DNA of 64,000 nucleotides. Source: Octopus bimaculoides (taxonomy: Eukaryota). The stretch is from positions 9,040,539-9,104,538 of the forward strand of contig NC_069008.1 of NCBI RefSeq assembly GCF_001194135.2, in the 5' to 3' direction. A model generated the notes under the pieces. That model had not been told where the DNA came from. It was given only the letters and a program-made list of their open reading frames with translations, and did no database searches. Of the stretch, positions 51,901-64,000 are shown piece after piece. The number at the start of each line of letters is the position of its first letter. The stretch's first letter is position 1. The translations under genes were made by a program, and so were the position numbers.

Positions 51901-52412
51901 CATGTAGAACACCTGCATGGGATTTCTTATCTGCAATTCCTCAGACAAAGTTTCAAAAATGATTATTGGAATGTGTAGATGTACTTCATGATGACATAGC
52001 TTAGATCATAGCCCCTGCTATTCACTAATCATTTATTTCATGTATGAATATGTGTATTTAGTGCAAGTAAAAATGTTTGGATGTGTATGTATGAGAGGGT
52101 GCTGAAAAGTTCCTGGCTTTGGGTAAAATAAAATACAGGAGGGTCAGTTAATTATGGTTTTATACAACACATTCCCCTCTCAGATTCACACAGTTATTGC
52201 AGTGGTCCTTCAGTTTTTCTAAGCCCTGTAAAAAGAACTCAGAACGTTGGGCCCCTAATCAGGCCTTTTGTAATACACTTAGAGCCAGGAACTTTCAGCA
52301 CCCCTTCATACATGTCTGTATGAAATGAATATAAATTGAAATATAAATTGATTTAAACTTACATAAAAATATACTTATATTCATTTATATATTAGATAAG
52401 TTTGTGAATGGA

Positions 52413-52457
<45 letters not shown>

Positions 52458-52644
52458 CATCATCATCATCATCATCATCATTGTTTGCTTTCCATGCTTA
52501 GCATTGGTTGGACGATTTGACTGGGGACTGGTGAAACCAGATGGCTACACCAGGCTCCAATCTGATTTGGCAGAGTTTCTTCAGCTGGATGCCCTTCCTA
52601 ACGCCAACCACTCCGAGAGTGTAGTGGGGGCTTTTATGTGCCAC

Positions 52645-53403
52645 NNNNNNNNNNNNNNNNNNNNNNNNNNNNNNNNNNNNNNNNNNNNNNNNNNNNNNNN
52701 NNNNNNNNNNNNNNNNNNNNNNNNNNNNNNNNNNNNNNNNNNNNNNNNNNNNNNNNNNNNNNNNNNNNNNNNNNNNNNNNNNNNNNNNNNNNNNNNNNNN
52801 NNNNNNNNNNNNNNNNNNNNNNNNNNNNNNNNNNNNNNNNNNNNNNNNNNNNNNNNNNNNNNNNNNNNNNNNNNNNNNNNNNNNNNNNNNNNNNNNNNNN
52901 NNNNNNNNNNNNNNNNNNNNNNNNNNNNNNNNNNNNNNNNNNNNNNNNNNNNNNNNNNNNNNNNNNNNNNNNNNNNNNNNNNNNNNNNNNNNNNNNNNNN
53001 NNNNNNNNNNNNNNNNNNNNNNNNNNNNNNNNNNNNNNNNNNNNNNNNNNNNNNNNNNNNNNNNNNNNNNNNNNNNNNNNNNNNNNNNNNNNNNNNNNNN
53101 NNNNNNNNNNNNNNNNNNNNNNNNNNNNNNNNNNNNNNNNNNNNNNNNNNNNNNNNNNNNNNNNNNNNNNNNNNNNNNNNNNNNNNNNNNNNNNNNNNNN
53201 NNNNNNNNNNNNNNNNNNNNNNNNNNNNNNNNNNNNNNNNNNNNNNNNNNNNNNNNNNNNNNNNNNNNNNNNNNNNNNNNNNNNNNNNNNNNNNNNNNNN
53301 NNNNNNNNNNNNNNNNNNNNNNNNNNNNNNNNNNNNNNNNNNNNNNNNNNNNNNNNNNNNNNNNNNNNNNNNNNNNNNNNNNNNNNNNNNNNNNNNNNNN
53401 NNA
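52645..53403. other. Assembly gap (largest in the window)
   Basis: N run. Other gaps at ~12122, 14724, 23666-23858, 30528-30964, 46321-46454, 51286-51575 and 62124-62183, mostly next to microsatellites. Confidence 1.
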
Positions 53404-56043
53404 AGACAAATGAAAATATACAAAATAAAAAAGAAATAAAATATTTTTTATTTTTTTATTTTATATATTTTCATTTGTCTTGCTCATTTTTACAGTCTGG
53501 CGTCTTGCTGAAATTTTTTCCTTGAGAACATACTCTTCGTGGTTAGGTGATTTAGCATTTATTTCTAGCATATAGGAGTCCACTTTTGGTGGTCATTCCT
53601 CTTAATTTTGTATGTAATATAATTTTAATCTTCATATTTTTTTAAATATGCTAAGCCACTGGTTTTAATTGATTAATATCAATTTCTACCCTCATTATTA
53701 AATTTTATATATATATATATAGGCATGACTGTGTGGGGAAGAAGCTAACTTTACAATCATGTGGATTCAGTTTCAGCCTCATTGCACTGTGAGTGAATTT
53801 GGTAGAAGAAAATTAAGCTTATTGTGTGTGTGCGTGTACATATATATATATGTGTACATGTGTGTGTGGTTTGTTTATGTCTTTGGAACTTAGTAGTTCA
53901 GCAAAAGAAACCAAGAGAATAAGTACCAGACTTAGTACAGGAGTTGATTTGTTCAACTAATCCCTCCAAGGCAGTGCCCTGGAATGACTGCAGTCCTATG
54001 GCTGAAACCAGTAGAAGATAAAAAATATATTAGCTTGTATATAATATAAATTTAAATATGACATATTGATTCAAAATTGTAGATATAGAGTTATGCAATT
54101 TTCTATTTGTGTTTGTGCATACAACACATACGCATATACATATATACGGTAATACACATTGACTTTTTAGGCCGTGAATAAATTATTTGTTTAGTGTTAT
54201 TCTATGTTTGATGCAGAAAGTCACTGACTATTCACGCTTGCAGCAATGTCCATTCTTTTAATAGCCACTGGCTGCAGCATCAGCAGAGAAAGCATCGCCA
54301 TCATCTTCATCATCAATAGAAGTATGTGTAGTAGCATCTCCTTACTTGTCTGCACTTCTTCTTCATTTTCTACACTCATGATATGGTGGGCTAAAGTGGG
54401 AATTTCTCTGTTTGATTGCTTGATTTGCTGAAAATTGCAGAGAAATCTCCCATCAAATTTTTATTGAGGAAGAAAATAGGACACAAATGATCATGTCTGT
54501 GTGCTGGATCAAAGACTAACCTGGGGTTAAACATAAACACTGGCAAGACTCCAACTGCCTAGGAGACCAGAAAATGTACCTCAAACTAGCTTTTTGCCTT
54601 GTTAGATATAGCAACTAAACCTTCCTCAAATCAGACCACATCCATCTTTGGCTACCATAGTTTGAGATACTTTTAAGTTTAGATGCTCATGGATGGTATG
54701 TGTTTAAATATAGATTTGCTCCATCAGTGTTGAGCTGGAGATTAAACCGCAAGACCACTGTATGGTAATGGTAATTGTTTAATAGCCCTAATCCAGCTGA
54801 CCTATGCTCAAAGGGTGTTTTGGCCTTGATTACCTCATTTTATATTCAGACATATTGTATTTGCTGAAGCCCTTCACACCCTTTGCAGCATAGGCTATCT
54901 ACAACTTTTCTCCCTCTGTTCTTGATTCTGGGTTGTCTTTTCTGCTTCTCTCTAGTAGATCCCTGCTTTTTCACCTCAGTATCCTGTCTCCAACTATTTT
55001 TATGGCATATGTTTACTTGAGGGAAGGCCTTCCACGCCCAGATCTCATTGGTTTCGAATTTTCACCAATACCTCTGTGACCTTGCCTTTTATCTAGGTAG
55101 GAGTGTTGGCCTTACATAAACCTATTTCTACCTCTGAGAGGAGGTGTTCCATATTAATTTGGCCTCTGTTCTTTGACCTGTTCAGCATGGCAGACCCTAA
55201 TCAGGGCAGAATTATTGAGGCACACAAGTCATCACATCACAACAAGGATTGAACCTTACAGTAGATAATGTAACTAAGATTACATTATTTAATGTCCTTA
55301 TCTTTGTTCTTGTCTTATCCCACGTTGGCCCTGATCCAACTGACATTTGATCAAAGATGTTCCCTGACAGTCCATCTTTTTTCCAGACATTGTGATCTTA
55401 TGTGTCCTCTGTCGTTGCTTTGCCCCAAATCAGTCCTGATCTAGCTTGTTTATGATCAGAAATGCTCCAACTGCACTACTATCGATTATTTAGACAAACT
55501 GCATCTTGGTCTACTGTTATCTAGTGTGACTCTGTCATGGTTAAATCCCTAATCCATCCGATTTACTTTAATCAAAGGGGTTCCAGTCATGACCATCTTG
55601 GATTACATTATCTGTATCCTTTCTTGTTGTTTACGCTTGGGTCATCTCTGATCCAGCTTGTCTGGTCAGTCTTGGCCATCAGATCATATATATATTCAGA
55701 CCTATGTAGTATATTTAGGACTATGCTACTCAATCTATTTTTCTTTTAAACAGCAGAGTATGAAGTTGTGTTATTGTGTAGTAGCCATTATACCATCATT
55801 ACCATAATCAGTTGTGGTAGTAATTGTAGCAGCATCTCTTCAGATCCATCCAGGCACTAAACTACTCTGAGTTGTGGTGTAAAGTGATGTGTTGCAGATG
55901 ATACAAAGTCGAGAAGTCCCCATTCCCCATCTCTTGTTTCTCTCCCACATGTGCATGATGATAGATTAATTATAAGCTTGGTATGGGTTATTTAATATGT
56001 GTGCTACTATGTATGTTAAGTGTACCCATTGTATGTATGTTAA

Positions 56044-56110
<67 letters not shown>

Positions 56111-56558
56111 GGGTTAATGTTTATCTGCTGATATGTTAGTGTACTCATGGGATGGATGTATGTTAATGTGTGGATTTGTGTGCTTGCATATGTATGATGT
56201 GTGCACATTATGCTTGCAAGTATGTGTTTGTGCATCTTTATAAATGTATACTCATTGTTACTATATATGTATTTCTTCATGTTTTTTTTCTTACTTCTCT
56301 TCCTTTTGCCCTCACACTCTTCCCCTTTGCTCTCAAACTACTCCTCTCACTATTCCTCCTAATTTCTCTTTCTCTCACTCTCCCCCACCCTTTGTTCTTC
56401 TATAATCAATTGTTACCATGGTGATTTGTCTTCCATTCTCCAATCAATTAACCAATGATGTGAAAGTCCACACAGTTCTGGAAAAACTGATGTCCTGAGT
56501 CCCCTTCTCTCTTTTATTCCTTTCATCTCACTTGCTCATCCACTCCCTCTCTCCTTTA

Positions 56559-56605
<47 letters not shown>

Positions 56606-56709
56606 ACTTTATTCTTTCTTTTTAAACATTGTTTTATTTAATTGCTTTCTGGAGTCATTTTCTTGCTCTTTTCTCTCTCTCTTTGCTTTTTCCTCTCTTT
56701 CTCTCTCTT

Positions 56710-56743
<34 letters not shown>

Positions 56744-57124
56744 AGCATTTTGTTATAAAGGCCCATGGTGAGTTTGTTGGTGTGTTTAGACTGATTTTTA
56801 AAGGTCATTGTTACAGAAAGCCAAGTATTGGAAAAGACACTTGAACCGAGTCTTATACATACATATGTGTGTGTGTGTGTGTGACAGATTATATATCTTA
56901 ATGTGTATATAATGATGCATGTAATTGGCTCCACAGTTAACAAGTTTGCTTTGTAATCATTTATAAAGATGCACTGTCTTTGCTTTGGACATATATGAAA
57001 ATTTTGGTGATAAACAAAAGCCATTAGTGTATTACATAGTGAGCAATAAGCATCAATGTTTTGAGCCATAAACTCTTTGTTATGAAGGAAAACGGTTGAT
57101 AAATATTGGAATGAAAGTGTGTAG

Positions 57125-57156
<32 letters not shown>

Positions 57157-59044
57157 TTTCTGGCTGAGAATGTAATGAGCTGTGAATAATTGTAGATCAT
57201 ATGTGAAAAAGAAAGAAAAAAGGGAGTGGACCACGGTGACAGGCATAAAAGAGTGAGTAAAAGAATAGTGGAAGGGAATGGTGAGTGGGTGGAAGCTTGT
57301 ATGTATGAACAGGTGGGGAGGAGCTCAGACAAAAGTCAATTTCAGCTGGAAGAGTTATTCTCAACTGGAAGATTAATTTTTGTTCCTTGAGGAGTCGGGT
57401 GGTAGATGGGCTATGGTGCTGGAGAATACCACCAAATACATCAAATGAAGGGATCAAGGTTGTTTAGGTGATGGGCTTTTGTGATGCATTACTGTGGCAT
57501 CCTACATCATACATTCAGCAACTTCTCTATGAATTGATTTGTTAAACTTCAACAAGTCTCACACTGTATTTATCAACATACAAGTCAATTTTAGTATATA
57601 GTCTAAGCATGTAATGTAAACATTCAAACATCTTTATCTTTCCAAATCCTGCTGTATTTCACTTGGAATTTTTGCTCCTTCAAAGTTGTCTTGGAGTATA
57701 CATCAACCTACCTTTTTTGGTTGTAAATTTTGTTTTGTAAAATTCAACTTGTTTCCTGGAAGATGAAGTATTTTACAATAAAAACTGATCAAGAAAGACA
57801 TATTGAAACATAGGTGAAATACTTTACTTTTCTGACATACAAGTTGATGTAGTGTAAACATTCAAGCAACATCACTATCTCTTCAAATCCTGCTGTATTT
57901 CATACGGGATTTTTGCTATGCCGAAGCCACTTTGGTGTATAAATCAATCTACCTTTTTGCTTTGGCTGTAAATATTGGTCTGAAAAATTTTGGCATGGCT
58001 GTATAAGAAGCTTGCTTCCCAACCACATGGTTTCAGGTTCAGTCCTACTGAGTGGCCCTTGGGCAAATGTCTTCTACTATAGCCTCCAGGGATTTGGTTG
58101 ATGAAAACTGAGAGAAGCCTGTCATATATGTGTGTGTTTGTGTTTGTCACCCACCACTGCTTGACAATGGGTGTTGGTGTATTTATGTCCTCCATAACCT
58201 AGTGCTTCATCAAAGGAGACCGATAGGATAAGTACCAGGCTTAACAAATATTAAGTACTAGATTCAATTCATTTGACTAAAAAAAATAGCAAAAATATCC
58301 TTCAAGGCAGTGCCTTTGCATGGCCACACCCTAATGACTGAAACAAGTAACAAATAAAAGATGTATCCTGCAAAGTATGGTCCATATTGGACTCTACAAT
58401 TTTAATGCAATAAAGGTCACTTTTGAGGATGCATATCTTGGGTTGACTAATAGTTTATGATTGAAAACTGATGAACAGAGAATGAGTGTCGAAGTACACT
58501 GTGTGGAATGTGTTTCTATCAGTATAAAGTGAGAATTGGTACATTTAAACAGAAATGTTCTACAGTATTAAGTACTTTTGCTTTACATGCATATTGACTT
58601 GGCAGTTCATATCTATCAAACATGATGGAATAGGTACCAGAAAAAGTATCAGGGTTGCTATAATGAGCTAAAACCACCTGAAGGCTGTGCCACACCATAC
58701 TTGCAGTCTAATGAAGGAAACCTATAAAAGCAACTGTGTATTGTTTATGTGTGTGTGTGTGTAATGTCAAAGGTTATCTAAAATGATGATGATTGTGATG
58801 TAATTGATCAGCTCCCTCCCACAAAATCTCGGACATTGTGCCCATAGTAGAAAAGATTAGAATCGTTAGCATGCTGGACAAACTGCTTAGTGGCATTTCA
58901 GCTGTCTTTGTTTTTTGAGTTCAAATTCCACTGAGATCAACTTGCCTTTCATCCTTTCAAGGTTGATAAATTAAGTACCAGTTGAGTACTGGGGGGGGGG
59001 GGGTCAATGTAATTGACTTAGTTTTTCCCTAAAATTGCTGGCTT

Positions 59045-59197
59045 GCTTCGCTGCTTGCTTCATGTTCTTGCTTAATGGGGCTGGGGTCATCCCAAGTTAG
59101 TGGTCCCAGAGATGTCATCATGTGTAGAGCTGACCAGGTCCACCAGTGCTCTCCATTGCTGGCAGTCCTATGCCAGCCCCTCTGCATTCGCCAATGT
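59045..59197 (-). mobile_element. Short RTE-like 3' fragment nested inside the 3' end of a Nin/Deu-like SINE
   Basis: Interrupts AAAATTGCTGGC|CTTGTGCCAAAATTTG. TGCTGGC is repeated on both sides, with an (AAGC)-like tail on the - strand. Confidence 0.5.
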
Positions 59198-59996
59198 GCT
59201 GGCCTTGTGCCAAAATTTGAAACCATTATGTTCAACCAATGCCAGTATGGGAAACAGACATTTAAGGATGAACCTACAATAGACTGATGTCCTATTCAGG
59301 AAGTGATTCTGCCCCCTCCTCCTATAAATTTTATCTTATCCTCAGTACACTTAGTTAACAATAGCCACATAACAAGGCTTGTGGGAGAATATTACTTGTG
59401 GTAGACTGCTCTCTTATCCAGTCGACCAATTAACTCCAGGCAGCAAATTGGCCATTATTATAGCATCAGATGGTTCTCAATGTTTTGTGTTCAAATACTC
59501 CTGAGGTCAGTTTTGTTTCCATTCTTTTGAAATTGATAAAATACCAGTCCTGCACTGGTGTAAATTCTTATCTATCTTTGTTTCTTTCTTTTTCCCATCC
59601 TTTTTTTTTCTTTCTTGACTCTGGAGCCATGTTATTGGGAAGCAAACTTCTTACCACACAGCCATGCCTGTGCCTAATCTATATGCATCTACATATTTTG
59701 TTGAACTGTACCCACCGCCATCACCACCACCCTAGCTGCTACTGCTACTGCTGCCACATCATATGCATACTTTATCTCTGCTAATTCAGAGAGCTTGTGT
59801 AATTATTATGACTACCACTACTACTAATGCTATTTCCTCCACTGCCACCACCAACCACCGTTACTATTACCACTGCTATGACAACCACCACAACTGGCTT
59901 CACCATCACCACCACCTCCACCACCACTATTACCACTACTACTACGTGACTCTTTCAGTTGATGGCAGCACAATGTCTGCTACTGACTTACTAAGA

Positions 59997-60093
<97 letters not shown>

Positions 60094-60404
60094 ATAGGCC
60101 TGTGTGCATGTGCATGCATGCTTGTGTGTGTATGTATGAGTGTGATCATATACAACTTTGACAGTTGCTAGGGAAAAAAACAGATCGACAACCAATTGAG
60201 TATATCATTGACTAAGCTGCAATAACTTCATCATTGTATATTTGCATGTGTGTGATGTTTATTCTTGTGTCTCTTGAACAGGGATTGCATTTCCAATCCA
60301 TAGTCTCATTTTAATCAGTCTCTTTTGGTCAACTGTATACATCAGTTAATTGTGTATAATCAGCTGAAGGCCCTAACTCAATGACACTTGTAATATAATC
60401 TGTT

Positions 60405-60523
60405 TCCTTTATGCATATCATGTTGAATACACCAATTCTCATCTGATCACCGAAGTTAAGCAATGTTGAGCCTAGTAAGTACTTAGATGGTTGACCACTT
60501 AGGAAACCTAAGTACTGTCAGCA
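60405..60523 (+). pseudogene. 5S rRNA pseudogene
   Basis: CATATCATGTTGAATACACCAATTCTCATCTGATCACCGAAGTTAAGCAATGTTGAGCCTAGTAAGTACTTAGATGGTTGACC aligns end to end with metazoan 5S rRNA. Many differences are CG to TG/CA. Confidence 0.88.
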
Positions 60524-62519
60524 TCTCACGCTATAGGCACAGGCATGGATGTGTGGTAAGAAGTTTACTTCCAAGCCACATGGTTCCGGGTTCAGTCCCA
60601 CTGCATGACACCTTGGGCAAGTGTCTTCTACCACAGCCTTGGGCCAATCAAAGCCTTGTGAGTGGATTTGGTAGATAGAAACTGAAAGAAGCCCATTGTG
60701 TGTGTATCTGTGTCCCACCCCTGCCCACCACTATTGCTTGACAACTGGTGATTTGTGTCCTCGTAATGTAGCAGTTCAGCAAAAGAGATTGATAGAGTAA
60801 GTACTAGGCTTACAAAGAATAAGTCCAGGGGTTGATTTCTTCAACTAAAACTCTTCAAGGTGGTGAGCTAGCATGGCCGCAGCCAAACGACTGAAGCAAA
60901 TAAAGGAATAAAGCTGCACCAGGCTCTGTATACATTTAACACCTGATTATATTGAGCACTTTTATTCTTGTACTTTATAAAATAAAGACCATTACCTTTT
61001 ACTTGTTTCAGTCATAAGACTGTGGTTTTGCATTACTTTGAAGGGTTTAACTGGTCAGCTTAAGACTATAGTAGAAAAAGCTGACCCTGAGTGTCATACA
61101 GTGAGATTGAACCTGAAACCATGCTATTGCAATGTGAGCTTCTTAACCACATGGACTTGCCCGTGCCTAGAATCAAACAGTTATTGTTATCCAAATCAGT
61201 GGATATTAAGCATATTCAAGATGCTGTTATATCTTCTAGTCAATGTTAGCAACCTGTTATTATTATTTAAGAGGTTATATAAGGTGACAAGCTGGCAGAA
61301 TCGTTAGCACGCCGACCAGTATTTCACCCATCACTAATGTTTGGAGTTCAAATTCCACCAAGGTCAACTTTGCCTTTTATCATTTCATGGTCGATAAATT
61401 TAGTACCAGTTAAACACTGAGGTCAATATGATCGACTGGTCCCCTTCCCTCAAATTTCAGGCTTTGTGCCTTTAATAGAAAGGATCATTTAAGAAGCTCT
61501 TGTGTCCCAGGATGATCCCAATAAGTGGCTTCTGTTGTATGTTGTAACTATTTTGGTCTTCATACCAGCTTATGATCTCAGACCAAAAACTATTTACTAA
61601 ACAGTGAACTGGTAGAATCATTAGAGCATCCATGGAAATGCTTTTATGATCAAAGTTCAAGTTCTGCTGAGGTAAGCTTCTAAAGCTTTTTAGACTTTAA
61701 CCTCACTTTGCAACTACATCATTTTAGGTTCAGTCCCACTGTGCAACACTTTGGGCAAATGTCTTCGACTGTAGTCTAGAACTGTGATTCACTGAAAGAG
61801 ACCAAAAGAATAAGTGCCAGATTAAAAAAAAAAAAAAGAAGAAAAAAGTATTGGAGTGATTTGTTTTTAAACTTTTAAAATAATTCTTTAGCTTTCAGTT
61901 TATTGTCAAATGTAATGCTTATTCATTCATGCTGTTTTGAATTAATCTTGCATTATCTCTAGCCTTGAAATTTCGATGATACAATTTTATAATTTTTGAA
62001 TGGCATTGTAGGGTAGGTGTGAGAGGTTAGATGTGGTTAGTTTTTATTCTTTTATTCTTCTTTTGGACTTATTTCTTAACCTTAGTACTTATTCTGTCAG
62101 TCTCTTTTGCTGTATCATTAGGTNNNNNNNNNNNNNNNNNNNNNNNNNNNNNNNNNNNNNNNNNNNNNNNNNNNNNNNNNNNNACACACACACACACACA
62201 CACACATCTAACAAGCTTTCTTCAGTGTTCGTCTTTCAAATCCACTCACAGGGCCCTAATAGAAAACACTCGCTGAAGGTACTGTGCAGTGGGACTGAAC
62301 CCAGAACCATGTAGTTGGGAAGCAAGCTTCTTACCACACAGACATGCCAGAACATAAAACAGAATATTAGGGCCAGATGTGGCCATTTAAATGCTAAAAG
62401 AGTTAAACCCTGCAAAGTGGTGCTGTAGCATGACTGCTTTCCAATGAGTGAAACAAATAAATATAAAATTACTACACCTTAAAAAAACTAATATTTTGTT
62501 TCTTTTTCTTGTTTGACAG

Positions 62520-62601
62520 GTGGATGTTGGGGTCCAGAGAGCAAGAAAACCATTGTTGGAAACTGGGGCTGGGCATGGTGGCTCGTTACCGATGTCCAAT
62601 G
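62520..62601 (+). CDS. Probable exon (82 bp) of an unidentified host gene
   Basis: Strong polypyrimidine acceptor TTTTGTTTCTTTTTCTTGTTTGACAG|G, donor ATG|GTAAGA, GC-rich non-repeat sequence, all three frames open (e.g. VDVGVQRARKPLLETGAGHGGSLPMSN). Product not recognised; could be partly 5' UTR. Confidence 0.6.
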
Positions 62602-63065
62602 GTAAGATTTGTAGTGTTTAAAAAATTTTCTATTTTTTAAATTTTCTCTGGTTTCCATTATTGTTATTTGATCTGGCAGAATTGTTAGTACACCAGGCAA
62701 AATGCTAGGCGACAAATTTGGTTCAAATTCCTCTGCAGTCGACTTTGCCTTTCATCCTTTTGGGATTGATAAAATAAGTACCAGTTGTGTACTGGGGTTG
62801 ATGAAATCAGCTATACTTCTCCCCCATATTTTCAGGCCTAGAAAGGATTATTATATTAGTGGCTGCTGTCACTGGATTGTGGCCATGCTGGGACATCACC
62901 CGCTACCAAATGTTAAATATTTATATGAACTTCTCAAAATGGAATGAATAAGTTTGGTGTCTCTCTTTCTTTCAGGAGCTGATAATAATAACAACACTGT
63001 GTAACAAATTGTTTTTTTTTCTGTCTTTGGTCAGTAAGTGTTATTTCCTATTTGCTTCTATCTAG

Positions 63066-63164
63066 AATTCAAAGGAAATCACTACCATTCCCTTCGAACT
63101 TTGATTTTGTCACCTGGACATCAATGTTTTCAAGCTGACCCTTACATTTCTGACAGACTCAGTG
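63066..63164 (+). CDS. Candidate 99-bp phase 1-1 exon
   Basis: Acceptor TTTCCTATTTGCTTCTATCTAG|, donor GTG|GTGAGT. The only open frame (E-FKGNHYHSLRTLILSPGHQCFQADPYISDRLS) is in phase with frame 0 of the 62520 exon. Confidence 0.35.
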
Positions 63165-63376
63165 GTGAGTTGGTGAAGCAGAAATATCATTATAATAAAT
63201 ATTCTGCTCAATACCACATATTTGCTTGTCAATTACTTGTCCATAACCACTTGAGCATGTCCCTTAGTGGCTAACAATATGTGCATCTTTGATGAGTAGT
63301 AGTACTAGGGGAGCATCATAGCCATGTGTTGAGAGGAATTCTTTGGGGTTTATATATGTGTGTGTGTGTGTATATA

Positions 63377-63450
<74 letters not shown>

Positions 63451-63708
63451 CATACATGCAAATCCAGTGAAGGCCCCAGAAGACATGTTAAGATCCACAA
63501 AGATATATATGTATATATTTATGTATATATATGTGTATATATATATGTATGTTTATATGTGTATATATACATGAATATATATATATATATATACACACAC
63601 ATGTATATATGTATAGGCATATATATATATATACACACACACACACATGTATATATGTATAGGCATATACATATATATGGATATATATATATATATATAT
63701 ATGTATAA

Positions 63709-63760
<52 letters not shown>

Positions 63761-64000
63761 GTTTCATGATATTTAAACTCTTCATTATACGTCCCATCTC
63801 ATAAACCAAATGAATACCTTAAGTACATCCCACACAGAATGTAGGCACCATAAATTTACTTTCGTGAGTATAATCAGAGGCATGTCCATCAGAATGTCCG
63901 GTGTATCTGTCACTGAGGAAGTCTGCAATAAAGATGCCAACTACTAGAACGAAGCTGTTGCTGCTAATGCTCATTGAAGAGCACATGTTATGTATCCATG

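Overview
Animal genomic DNA from a draft assembly with several N gaps, very AT- and microsatellite-rich. The SINE/LINE families resemble those known from coleoid cephalopods, so the source is probably Octopus (inference, not a database match). Almost all of the window is interspersed repeat. Retroelements: dozens of tRNA-derived SINEs from at least three families, RTE, CR1-type and R4/Dong-type LINE remnants, and a decayed Ty3/Gypsy element with one LTR and a PBS. DNA elements: a near full-length mariner, hAT, Tc1/mariner and piggyBac-like MITEs, a Helitron-like ORF remnant, and two Merlin-like fold-back elements with 8-bp TSDs and telomere-like (CCCTAA)n at the hairpin apex. There are also 5S rRNA and tRNA-Asp relics. 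Host-gene signal is sparse: a CpG-retaining promoter-like zone at about 5.5-7.3 kb with a strong + strand donor (6961|GTAAGT), and one or two + strand exons near 62.5-63.2 kb, which suggests most of the window is one large intron. No intact recognisable protein-coding gene was found, and most entries in the ORF track are microsatellite artefacts.
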